A stretch of 63,688 nucleotides of DNA, counting the filler, from Reclinomonas americana ATCC 50394 (Eukaryota), in the NCBI GenBank assembly GCA_048213135.1. It is 14 parts of 14 records of this genome, joined end to end, with 100 filler letters (N's around TTAATTAATTAA, not from the genome) between each part and the next. Parts side by side here need not be neighbours in the genome. Positions count along the whole stretch, not along the records: positions 39,361 to 48,043 come from AFZH01020936.1; positions 48,144 to 53,421 come from AFZH01020937.1; positions 53,522 to 55,484 come from AFZH01020938.1; positions 55,585 to 58,187 come from AFZH01020939.1; 10 more parts are not named here. The stretch is one strand, 5' to 3'. Of the stretch, positions 45,187-56,500 are shown in pieces (position 1 is the first letter of the stretch; each line of letters begins with the position of its first letter). A model generated the notes under the pieces. It made no database searches. It had not been told where the DNA came from and saw only the letters and a list, made by a program, of their open reading frames with translations. Position numbers and translations under genes: made by a program.

Positions 45187-45341
45187 ACGCGAAACAGACA
45201 AGAGCGACTGCCCGTACGTACGCATGTGTGTTAAGTCTAGGCGCGCAAGTTTACAAGAGGGAAAAAACATAGAAAGAGATACCACGGAGGAGAGGAGAAG
45301 CAAGTTGAGAAACATAACAACAATCGTCATCAGTCGTCGTG

Positions 45342-45956
45342 TCATTCGTCCCGTATGCTGCCGCCCAGTTCAGGGTGACGTGCTTCATCCACCAATGCGC
45401 GCAACAGATCCTCACTGTGCGTGTGCACGTGCACGAGTGAGAAACGGAGAACAGCATCAGCAGCCAACAGCCAAAAAAACGACAAGTCCGCACCAACGCT
45501 GCTGATTCTCGGCGACCGAGTCGCACTCTGTCGCCGTAATCGTAATGGTATCCGTGCGTGCATTGTAACGCGAGCCGAGCAGGCCAATCAGCTTGGATCG
45601 CTGCGGCGGTGTGAGGTCAATGTCGTTGGCCTTCAGCTGCGCCACCACCTTCTTCTCGTGCGGATGCCGTGCGCTCGCCGTGTCATAGAACGGGTACTGC
45701 GCGGCAATGAACTCCACTGCCACCGCTGTTGTGCGTAGATGCAGGCGAGTGTGAGTGAGTGCGTGTGTGAAACAGAGGTGGTTGGTGACATGTTGCACAC
45801 ACACACGCAACGACGACGCATTGCGGCGGCGGCTGCGGCGGCGTGCGACATGGGTCGTGTTGCAGCACACAGTGCCCACATGGATGACAGAGGACGAGTT
45901 GACGTCGTCGATGAGGGGGAGAGCGAGGCAGCGAGACGGCCCAGGCGCAGCAGCAT
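45342..45956 (-). CDS. mitochondrial ribosomal protein mS35 (MRPS35/Rsm24)-like
   Basis: Arg/Ser/Ala presequence, then HPHEKKVV..LTPPQRSKLIGLLGSRYNARTDTITI..ENQQR..DLLRALVDEA. Confidence 0.75.
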
Positions 45957-46063
45957 CTTTTGTGCGTGAATCAGAAGCCAAAAAACCGGGCATGGACAGT
46001 GCGAGTGCGATTGGCCAGCACACTGTCCCTTCACTTCATTATTTTTCACTCCCCCACACTGGA

Positions 46064-47099
46064 ATGCCGCCTGCTCAGCAGAAGAAGTCGGTGCGTTGAT
46101 GGTGGCGTAGTAGAGTGTGGTGCTGTGCGATGCTGTGTGGGAGTCGTCAGCGTGTGAGGAAGAGGGGGAGAAGAAGGGGGCGTGCATGTCGATGGCGCAT
46201 GTGCACTTGCATGCCTCGCCACTCGGCCGTTCTTCAGCTATGCGTCTGTGTGCGTGTGTGTGTCTGCGTGTGTGTGATAATGCGCTTGTGTGTTTCGTTG
46301 TGTGTTCTGTGACTGCTTGTGCTCGGAGAAGGACGAGACCGCAAGTGGTTCTTCGCTGTTCTCTCTTGTGCCGTTCTCTCTCTCTCTCCCTGTGTGTGTA
46401 TGCGCTCCCCACGCACAGGCGCGCACAGCGTGATGTCGTAAAAGCCACAGTGGAGAGAGAGCCATGAAAAGAGAGAGGGACTCCACCATGGCCGACATGG
46501 TCACGCTCCTTTTCTCTCTCTCCTCTCCTTGTCAGCACCACCTCCCTTCTCGCACGCATGTGTATATGCGCATATTCCATTGTATCACCACGGGCATCTC
46601 TACTCACACTGGTTTGTCATTTCTTTTTCGACGAGCGCAGAAGAAGGCTCTTGAGGGCGTGAACGCCCGCCTCAACCTGGTCATGAAGTCCGGCAAGTAC
46701 GTGCTCGGCGTCAAGGAGACCATCCGCAACATGCGCAACGGCAAGGCCAAGATGGTGATTGTGTCGGAGAACACACCACCTCTGCGCCGCTCCCAGATCG
46801 AGTACCTGGCGTACCTGGCACACGTCACTGTGTTGCACTATGCTGGCAGTTGCGCACACACTCTCCATCTTCTGTGTGTGCACCACTCCCTCCTGTGCTA
46901 TGTGCTCATCCACCCCGCAAACGCACAGACAACATTGACTTGGGAACTGCATGCGGCAAGTACTTCCGCGTGGGCGTGCTCGCCATCACCGATGCTGGTG
47001 CGTCGTCTCTTCCCTTGTGCATGTGAGTAGCAAGCAGCGCATCGTTGGCTCACTGTGTTTTCGCACACCACAGGTGACTCTGACATCCTCACGATGTAA
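46064..47099 (+). CDS. RPL30: 60S ribosomal protein eL30, 4 exons
   Basis: [75 protein letters not shown]. Introns 46091-46640, 46849-46928 and 46998-47073. Confidence 0.97.
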
Positions 47100-47545
47100 A
47101 TCGTCCTCCGCCCATTGTCGTCTTGCCGGCTGCATGTTTTCGGAGGGTCTCGGCTTGTCGGCTTCTGCTTCCTGTACTCTTTCCTCCTCCTCCTCCTCCT
47201 CCTCTTCAGTATCGGTCCAATCGTGCGATTGGCTGTCTCCCTTCCCGGGAGAACAGCTGGAAGGATGGGGATGGTGGTGGCGAGAGAATAGGGAGAAAAT
47301 GGTGGCTGAGAAGAAGTGGCTTTCTGCGAATGTGTGGCTGGCGGGCGGTTGTGAGTGTGTGCAAGTGTGTAGAGTCGACGAGTGGATGTGGTAGTGGTGG
47401 CGGTGGTGCGAGGAGTGAATGGGTTATCTGTGGTGCCAAGTCCATGTTGACACGCAGACAGAGAGAGTTGTAGTAGTAGACCCACGAGTCGATCCGAGTG
47501 GTGATCGTCGATGAAGTTGATCGGTGTTTCGCCCCTGCGCCCCTC

Positions 47546-47798
47546 ATAAGCCAAGGTGCGTGCATTTGCATGACTCACGCCACGCCGCAATTCTCCGATC
47601 TGAGGTGATGCACAACTGTGTGTGTGTTTGTCTCCGCCGCAGATCAAAGAGTAAGGAAACAGACTCTCGTGGATTGACCTCCCGAGTTTCCCTTGCGGGA
47701 AATAGTACCCAATTTTTGCGGGGGAGCGAAAGGCGGGCCTCGCTGGAAGCCCTTTGCCTTACACTCAGGCAGGGTGCCGCCTGGCTAGCCTCTCCCCC
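47546..47798 (+). ncRNA. U12-like (minor spliceosomal) snRNA, apparently containing a GT-AG intron at 47556-47642
   Basis: In U12 order: GAGTAAGGAAA branch-recognition motif (47649-47659), SLIIa CTCG-TGGA-TTGACC-TCC-CGAG, SLIIb TTTCCC-TTGC-GGGAAA, Sm site AATTTTTG (47711-47718), and a long 3' stem-loop (GGGGGAG/CTCCCCC, AGGCGG/CCGCCT, TGCCT-TACACTC-AGGCA). The 5' end is inferred. Confidence 0.75.
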
Positions 47799-48143
47799 TC
47801 GACCCAAGTGGATGATGAAAGCGAAGAAATAATGTGAGGGGAGTGCGTGAGGGGTGAGGTGGGGAAGAGCGCGTGTCGGCGGCCGCATCTCGCTTGCCTG
47901 TGCATCACCATGCGATGACGTGATTGCATTGGGCGATGGTGTAACGGTCATTGCAAAGCGCGCGCTCAACTTTGGCGTGCCATCTCTTTCTCCCGTGAGA
48001 ACGACACGTGCACATGCGCGCATGCACGCTCACCAAGGAGCGTNNNNNNNNNNNNNNNNNNNNNNNNNNNNNNNNNNNNNNNNNNNNTTAATTAATTAAN
48101 NNNNNNNNNNNNNNNNNNNNNNNNNNNNNNNNNNNNNNNNNNN

Positions 48144-48932
48144 CACAGCTACTACCACGGCCTGATCGACCACAACCTGTACGAGTTCCTCACCCAGAAG
48201 CAGTGGCCGCGCTGCAAGCGAGCCATTGCCGCCGGTGAACCCAAGGAGGAGAACCAGGCCTGCAACGGCATCATTGGCCGCATCAAGCGCTCGCACGGCT
48301 CACTCAACGTCTACGACGTCACCAAGCAGTGCCCGCCCAACAATTCGCTGTGCTACGACTTTACGGTACGATGGACAGCTCTGCCGTGATCTTGCGTTTC
48401 GCTCTCTCTCACCACCCCTCGTTTTTTTTCACAGCCGGTCTCACGCTACCTGTCCATTCCGGCCGTGCGCGAGGCGCTGCACGTGGACGACAACGCGCCG
48501 CGCTGGAAGCCCTGCAACCTGCGCGTCCACCGTCAGTTCTACAAGGACTGGTGGTCATCACAGGTGAAGGAGGTCACCCAGATTCTGCGCGAGCTGCCGG
48601 TCCTGTTCTACAACGGTGCCGACGACTTCATCTGCAACTTTGCCGGCACCGACAGCTGGCTGCGATCGATGGAGTGGGAGTACCAGGAGGACTTTAGGCG
48701 AGCGCGTCGCAATCCGTGGAAGGTCGACGGTGAGACCAAGGGTTTCATGAAGCGTGCCGACAACCTGCGCTTCTTGGTCGTCTTCAACGCGGGCCACATG
48801 GTCCCGATGGAGTTGCGTTCGTATTCGATATCCACTTCACCGCGCGATTTGCTCACGTTGGTGATTGCATACAGCCAACCTGTGGTTGCCCTGGAGATGT
48901 TCCGCAGCTTCATCTACGGCGACATGCAATAA
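48144..48932 (+). CDS. serine carboxypeptidase (S10), C-terminal part
   Basis: NVYDV, VREALHV, WKPCN, VLFYNGADDFICNFAG (catalytic Asp), VFNAGHMVPM|DQP (catalytic His). Confidence 0.93.
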
Positions 48933-49018
48933 CAGCAGCAGGCAATAAGAAACACAAAATGTATAAGCGCATGCATCAATCCTTTCGTCCTGCGTCGTCT
49001 TTGTTGCTTGGTGAGCGG

Positions 49019-49781
49019 ATGTTTGACATTGGCATTGGCCAGCTGCTGGTCATTGTGGGCGCCGGTGCCGTCATTGCTGGTGCGTGTCACGCACAAGAGC
49101 ACAAAGTTGATTTGTGTTGATGATGCAGTCACAGGCCCACGTGATCTGCCTCGCATTGCACGCCAAGTGGGAGTGATGGCGGGCTCGGCAGTGCGTTTCC
49201 TGCGCGTCGGCCGCGTCGCCTTCAACCAGTTCTCTCGCGACAACCGACTCGACGAGGTCCATCCCTCTCTCTGTGCCCTCTCTGTGCTCTGTGTTGTTGT
49301 TGCTGACTTTCCTGTGCAGCTGCAAGCCGACATTCGCCGTCGCGTGGACGATCTACACTCGATTCGACACGAGCTTCATCGCAGTGTGCACCTGGATTCG
49401 TTCATTGGCGGAGGCGCCACAACCTCCACGGCGTCGCCACCCTCACTACCAACTCAACCATCTCCACCCTCATCTGTTACGCCTTCACCACCACCATCTC
49501 CTGCTTTGTTTGCGGAGAGCCGAATGCCTGTTCCATCCCCATCGTCGACACCTCCACCAATGCCTGCGCTGCCGGCCTCGTCGGCAGCAGGTCTGTCGGC
49601 GTTCATGGCCAACGACCCGTCGCGAACAATGCACACGGAGCAGATGAGTGGTGGCGCCGACGTGATCTCCAACAGCGAGCTCGAGAGATTCCTCTCTCAG
49701 TACCAGTCGGGTCAGCGCGGCGCTGCCGCAGCGCGGCCTCGACCCCGCTCCATTGACGCACCACCACCGCCGGAATCATAA
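49019..49781 (+). CDS. TatB-like twin-arginine translocase subunit (nucleus-encoded, mitochondrial type), 3 exons
   Basis: MFDIGIGQLLVIVGAGAVIA|GPRDLPRIARQVGVMAGSAVRFL..DE|LQADIRRRVDDLHSIRHEL: TM helix, GP hinge, amphipathic helix and Pro/Ser tail. Confidence 0.8.
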
Positions 49782-49849
49782 ATGAATACGTGGTCTAGTT
49801 CATTCGCTGCACCCCCTTGCACACACCCGCACCTCTCCTCTGCGCCAGC

Positions 49850-51682
49850 TCATGTGTATCTGGCCAGCTGCTTCACCGCCTCGATGAGATCGTCATCGTC
49901 GGGGTTGAACAGACGCCCGATGCGGTACACGTCGGCAGCGGCGTCGTACTTTTTGAGCACAATCAGCGGCGCGGCCTTGCGAATGTAGCCCTGCGCACAC
50001 GCACACACACATGTTAATGAAAGTGAGAGACGAGACGCGAAATGAATGCATGCCGACCTTGGGCCACCACGGGTTGATGCGCAGACTCTCGTCGGCCTCC
50101 TCAATGGCACGCGGATAGCGCTTCATGTTGAAGTGGCAGAGCGAGCGGTTGCCGTACAGGGACTGCGCAGCACGACACAGAAAAAAACGTGAGCGAGCGA
50201 GAACCCAGTCGTCACACCACGTCATGGGGCACGCAACAAAGTTCTCCGGCGCCAGTTGCGTGGCTTCCTCGTAAATGGCCAGCGCCTGCTCGTACTTGCC
50301 CTCCTTGACGAGGTTGTTGGCACGCAGCTTCATGTCATTCGCCTGCAAACCACAATCTCACGCTGCTCAGCAATCGCTCTGCTATCTCGCTTGCACGACA
50401 AGATACGCACCGTTCGCCAGCGAGACTCGATCGCCGCGCCTGTCTCACCACGAATCGTGCACTCGAGGAGAGCACGCTCGCACGTCCTGTGCGCAGACAT
50501 TGAGAAATGTGAACACATGAGAGTATCTCGGGGAGTACGGACGCAACGAGTGACTGGTGGCCCGCGCCACATCAAGCGGCGTCTCCAGGTCATTGTCGAA
50601 TCCAAATAGCCTCGGAGCCGCCTCGAGCGTGGCCAGCCACTGCAGCGCCTCGACGTTGCCGGTGCCGGCGGCCAAATGCATCGCGGTGCCGCCGCCACGC
50701 ACTCGGTGTTCCACATTTGCTCCGGCCTCCAGCAGGAAGCGCGCCATGTCCAGCTGACCGGTGACTGCATCCGACTGTAAGGCGAGCAAGCAGGCAGGCA
50801 CGCTACTAGAGACTGAAGGCAACACCCGCACCAATGGCCGCATGGAATGGTCTGAGACCATTCGAGTCCGTGACATTGACATTCGCACCGGCCTCCAGCA
50901 GCTTGCGCATCGTCTCCACATCGCCGTCGCTGGCAAACTTGAACAGCGGGCTCCCATTATCCTGCTGCACGCGACCCACGTCGGTCATACGCGCACCGGA
51001 ACGCAGCAGAAAGTCGACCACATCAACACCCATGTGCATCGCTGAATGAACGAGAGAGATATATCAGTGACTGCATGCCCTTGCCATTCGCCCCTCTCCC
51101 GTCGCACAGACCAGCGTGATGCAGCAGGCCACACGGGTCGACTTTGGAGACCAAGTTCAGGTCGGCGCCTTGCTCCACCAAGAACCGCAGCGCTGCCTCG
51201 CTCTCACAGATCGCCGCAACCACAATCGCCGAGTGCCCCAGCTGCATCATCGACATCATCACACACAATGAGTCTCTTCTCTCTCAATGTGAGTGTCTGT
51301 CTCTGCACTGTCGCCACTTCGACTCAACATGATCCTGCTTATCGATATCCGCGCCACGCTGCAACAAGAAGCGCAACACCTCCACGTGATCCATGTGCGC
51401 CGCAAAGTGCAACGCAGTGCGTCCTCGCCCATCTCCCTCATCAATCAGCGCACTCCGCGACTCGGCACTCACGTCGTCGCCCAGCAGCTCCACCAGAGTC
51501 GCCATGTCACTGAGCGCGTGCAAGAGTGAGCGCGTGTGACTGACAATGTCGCCCTCTCTCTTCCGAAACTTGTCCTTGGCGGCTGTGAGCAGGCGGACTA
51601 CCTGTGGGCGGATCTCCACCTGCGTCACCTCGCTCTCGTCGATGGTTTGCAGCACGGGCGCAGAGGAAGCAGCAGCGCTCAT
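49850..51682 (-). CDS. ankyrin-repeat + C-terminal TPR protein
   Basis: GRTALHFAAH, SPLFKFAS, GLRPFH, GTAMHLAA, ETPLDVA ankyrin repeats; then ANNLVKEGKYEQAL..LYGNRSLC..WPKGYIRKA TPRs. Confidence 0.9.
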
Positions 51683-51745
51683 GCTCGTCAAGTGCGTGTT
51701 CGAGTCCTTCTTGCCTGACAGGACACACTGTGCTTCTCTCTCTCA

Positions 51746-53421
51746 ATGTCGAGCCTGCACTCCACAGTGGTGACTGTGGCCGGTGCCAGTGCGGGCTTTG
51801 GTGCGCGCAATGCACACTGCTGCCACACAAACCTACGCGCACACACACTCACTCTTCGCGAACAGGCATCGGTGGATCAGTGCTCATTATTGTTTCCTAT
51901 GTGCTTATGCGACGACTACGGTGCACCTCCCTCTCCCTCTCTCTTAAAGAGTGACACACACTATTGTTTGCTGATGCTCCCTTCTGCGCGCAGATATCAC
52001 GCCAGTCGGCTTGTGCTGATGCTGGCGATTGCTGACTTGGTCGATGGTTCGTTGTCTGTCTCTTGCACTCTCTCTCTCACGCTGATCGTTTCACGCACCT
52101 CTGCTTCTCCAGCGGTTGGTTGGATGCTTGGTCTGTCATTACCGGAGACGCTGCAAGTGAGCACGCCTCTGTGCAAGTTCCAGGCGAGTCTCATCCAGCT
52201 CGGCGGATTCAGCTCGCTCATCTGGCAGGTCGCCCTCAACGTCACCATCTGGTGTGTGCGAAGAGAGAAGACACACTGGGTGTGTGTCTCTGTCGCTCAC
52301 GCCACAGTGTGTGCAGGGCCACGGTGGTCTACAAGAAGACGGGAAAGTTCTTCAAAATGGAGGTCGCCTATCACATCATTGCCTGGGGGTTCGTCGCATC
52401 AACCCGTTCGCTCATTCGTCCTCGGCAATGCAGTCTGCTTCTCACTCTCCCTCTCCCTCTCTCTCACACACGCACACTCATGCCACAGAATTCCTGTGAT
52501 CATGACCATCACGCTGTTGGTGCGTATTTGCGTCTTCTCTCTCTCTCTGCGCCTCTCGCTCTCCGCCGTTCGCCGTTCTTTCTGATTCACGGCGTGCAGG
52601 CTGACAATGACTTTGGGCCGGTGGGCAACGGGTGCTGGATCATAGGGCCGCGGAATGTGTTTCGATGGGCGTTCGGATATGGCTTCCTGTTCGGAGTTGC
52701 GTGTTGATGTCTCCGCGCGCGCGTGTGTGCGCGCCTGCCTGCCTCCCTCATTGCATGCTTCTGTTGTGGTGCAGACGTTTATCATCAATCTCATCTTCTT
52801 GGTTCTCATTGCTCGGTGCGCTGGCCCCCTTCTGTCGTGTTTCGCTGCGCGCTGCGCGGGAATCGTGCTCATTGCTTTTGCAACAGTGGTCTGTCAAGTT
52901 ACCGACGGCAGTTAGCCAAGTCAATCAATACGTACACCTCCCACAAGCAGTACCAGGGCAAGGTGGCAAAGCGAATGATCTTTTACGTTGCGCATGGCCA
53001 CACTCTATCCAGCTCACCTCGTGACGCACAACTCACGTGGCTCTTCATCGTGACAGACGGTGGTCTTTGTGTTTATCTGGCTACCGGGTCTCACCGTTGC
53101 GCAATGCGTTGCTGCGATGTGTGTTCTTCCTGGCCGCAGCGTTGTTGGTGCTGACGACTTGTGTGCAGAATCGAATCTACGAGGCCATTAATGACGACCA
53201 TCATGGCATTGAGTTGCGTCCTCCCTGTGTCGTCGCCATTTTTATCAGCGTATGGCTCATCGTTTGCATCCACAGGTGGCTTTTCTATTTCCAAGCGGTG
53301 CTGGAGCCGAGTTCTGGGTTCGTCACTCACTTCTTCACCTTCTCTCTCTCTTCGCTCTCGCACCAACATCACTTCACAACAACAGGTTCTGGAACGCACT
53401 CGTGTACGCCATCACACAAAA
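51746..53421 (+). CDS. cAMP-receptor/GCR1-like 7TM GPCR, 3' partial
   Basis: Seven hydrophobic segments; RLVLMLAIADL, LCKFQASLIQ, YHIIAWGIP, GNGCWI, RMIFYTVVFVFIWLPG, GFWNALVYA. Confidence 0.85.
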
Positions 53422-53521
53422 NNNNNNNNNNNNNNNNNNNNNNNNNNNNNNNNNNNNNNNNNNNNTTAATTAATTAANNNNNNNNNNNNNNNNNNNNNNN
53501 NNNNNNNNNNNNNNNNNNNNN

Positions 53522-56500
53522 AACTGACCCCGCATTTCTCGCGCTTCTTGCACACCATGATTGAGGCCGTCAATGACGCCGTGCGGCACTGCATCCGCGA
53601 GCTGGGGGTATGTGTCACTGCATTCGCTGCGCGCGCGTGTCTGTGACTGATCGCATGTGCCAGGGACGAGCCATTGAGTTCGTCGATCTGATTCACGATT
53701 CGTTCGTCGTCGAGGCGCTGCCACCAGTCCTTTGCGCTGTGCACTTCCTGACTGCGGAGAATCGCGGTGACTTTGGCGGCATGATGGGCACTCTGGCCGA
53801 CATGTGTGAGCTCTTCCACAAGTTCTCCTTGCTGCTCGCCCCGGCCGCCCCCGCCGAGCCGACGACGTATGCAAGCGAGCACAAGTTGTGTCCTGCGTCA
53901 TTTTTCATGCCCTGATCTCGTTGGTGACAAGTCTCATGTGGTGGTGTGTCGCCGACACAGTTATGCGTTGAACACGGACGCCGAGTGGCATGCCAGCTTC
54001 CCGGGTGCACTGGCACTCGTGGTGGCGTTCTCCCCGAATTGCAGCACTGCGCGCAGGTGAGTTGTGTGCCGCCGTGCTTGCCTTTCGGTCACCTTGCTAA
54101 TTTTGCCCCCGTAACAGTGATCACGTGCTGCGCTTGTTCACCAAGCCTGGTCGCGACATGAAGCACCAGTGCGAAGTCGGTGACATTTGCCTCACACGGT
54201 TCCCCGACAAGCCCTTCCATGTCGCCGGTCACGAATTGTACGTCCACTTCCACACCTCGGGCGAGGGCGAGCCGTCTTGGGGCTTTGAGTTGCGTGCGCT
54301 GGCGGCAGTTTTCTCTTTGCCCTTGTTTTCGTATTTGACGGTGTGCGAGTGCAGGATGAAAGTCACGCCCGTGTACGAGCGCTTCTTCAGCTCCATCAGT
54401 CAGTTTTTGTGTGCGACTGTGTGCAAGGTGAACAGCGATGCATGTAGCAGTGCGTCGAGTGCACACACGCGCTAACCCTCTCGTGCATTTTTTGTTGCAG
54501 CTCACGGCTCGTGCATTCGGCACGCGTCACTTGCCGCCAGCAGCGAGCCTTCTCACACCGTGGCTCCATTCGCTTGTCTTTAAGAACGGCCGACAGGTAA
54601 GGAGAATAAGAAATGGCTTGTTCTCAGCTCTCGTGCTTCGTGCGTAACATGCACCACCACCGCTGCACGCAGAGTCTCGGACCGCAAGACGAGTTCCTGC
54701 GCCGACTGTACCAGGGTGATGCGGAGGTGGTGGCATGGTTCGACTCGACGCTGTCGTCGAAGAATGTCGACGCGAAGCAGATGAAGAACAAGGAGAATGG
54801 TGCGTTGCTGACGCCTCTCATCTGCGCTGTTTGGTGTCACTGTGCTGATGTCGTTGAGGGACGCAGTGAACATGCTGGTTCGCGGCCTCTTTGCTGTCTT
54901 CCTCAAGCACTGCCATGCCGTCCACACGGCCGAGGAACACTTTGCGGCCACGTCATCTGGAAGCACGTTTGCGTTGTCGACGCTGGACGCCGGCGCGGTG
55001 GCCGACGTCACCGCGCTCGCCAACCGCGCTCACAAGCTGCGAGTGTTCCTCAACCAGCAAAAGGGCGCACACCCTCTCGGCAACGAGCTGTCAGCGTTGC
55101 GTCCGTCCGGATTTGTTCTGGTTCTTTTTTTTGCGCTGCTGATTTGTGTTTTGTGTGTATGTGCGCGCGCTTAGTGACGCACTGCTGGAAGCTGTGTGCG
55201 CGCCGATCCGACCGCGCATTGAGCTGCTGTTGGAGACAAAGCCGTGCCAGATCAACGTGGTGGAAGCCATGAGCCCGCTCACCCCCGTCACGCCAGGCCT
55301 TGCCGCCGGTGGCTTTGGGAGTGGCGAATTCCTCAAGCTGCAGCGTGCCATTCGTGGACTAAAGGTCTCTCACGTGCATGACATGCGCGCCTTCCTTCAG
55401 CCGCCGTCGCCACTGACACATCTCCTCTTTTCTGTGTCTGTGTGTTGCCGCAGGCCACCGGCACCAGCTCCCGCAGCCAGATGCNNNNNNNNNNNNNNNN
55501 NNNNNNNNNNNNNNNNNNNNNNNNNNNNTTAATTAATTAANNNNNNNNNNNNNNNNNNNNNNNNNNNNNNNNNNNNNNNNNNNNGGGGGGGGGCGGTAGC
55601 TCGTCGAGTGTCTCATTCGCAGTGCATGCACTCGCAGATTACCGATGTGACGGGCGGCATTCGCACCGTGGACGATGCGCTGCGTGCCGGACTGGCGTCA
55701 GAGACAGCCGACGGCAGCTTCTTGTCGCGACGCGCGTCGCTCGTTCTCTTCGAGCTGATTCTGTCGTGCATGGAGCACTTGAGCTCTGACACGATGCTGC
55801 ACGATGCACATGCACTTGGTTCGTTGTGCTGTCCCAAAACACTGATGGCGCCTGTGTACTTACTCAACCCGATCTCTTCCCCCATCCGCCACAGCCTTCC
55901 TGGACAGCCTCATCAACATCCTGTTTGGCCAGCTTTCTCGCGCTTGCGAGCTGTTGGCGATGATTGGCGAAGGCGAGTGTCCGCCCAACGTCAAGGAGTC
56001 TCTTAATCTGGAGGTGCAGTGCCCTGCTCTGTGGATTGCTCGCCTGTTTGTTTGTACAAGTTGCTCACTTGATACACCACAATTGCGACGCGCAGATGGA
56101 GCACATTGTGTCGTTGCTGCATTGCTGCATCGAGCGCAGTGCACACCCCGGCGTGGCTCCCGACGCCGGCGAGTTGGCGTCACCTGCACCCACGCCGACT
56201 GGCACGCAGTGGCTGATGAGCAACGAGGAGCGACTGTCGGTGCTGTTCCACATCCTCCAGACGGGCTTCCTGCGCAGTGAAATCATTGGCCTGTTGCAGG
56301 CGTGGTTGCCGAAGTCGCAAGGTACATTTGGGTGTTGATTGTTTTTCGGCCTTTTGTTGCCTTGCTCACTCGTGCTCATCATTGTCATTCGCAGCGGCGC
56401 ACGTGTTGAGCGCTCTCCAAGTCAGCTCCGACTCGCCTGTCCCTGGTTCCGGGTCTGCCTTCATCGATCCCGTGCATCGTGTCATGGAGCACTTTGTCCG

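Noticed and set aside
47518..47540. U6-like fragments just upstream of the U12-like RNA: TGATCGGT can pair with the spliced GCC-AA-GAUCA like helix I, and GCCCCTGCGC matches the 5' half of the U6 internal stem-loop, hinting at a U6-U12 fusion
   Set aside because: No AGC triad, no adjacent ACAGAGA box and no 3' half of the stem-loop. The match also lies within a simple CGCCCCT direct repeat. Worth revisiting only if 5' RACE extends to ~47518.
47811..47960. Box C-like ATGATGA and a hairpin downstream of the U12-like RNA
   Set aside because: No matching CTGA box D or terminal stem; insufficient for a snoRNA call.
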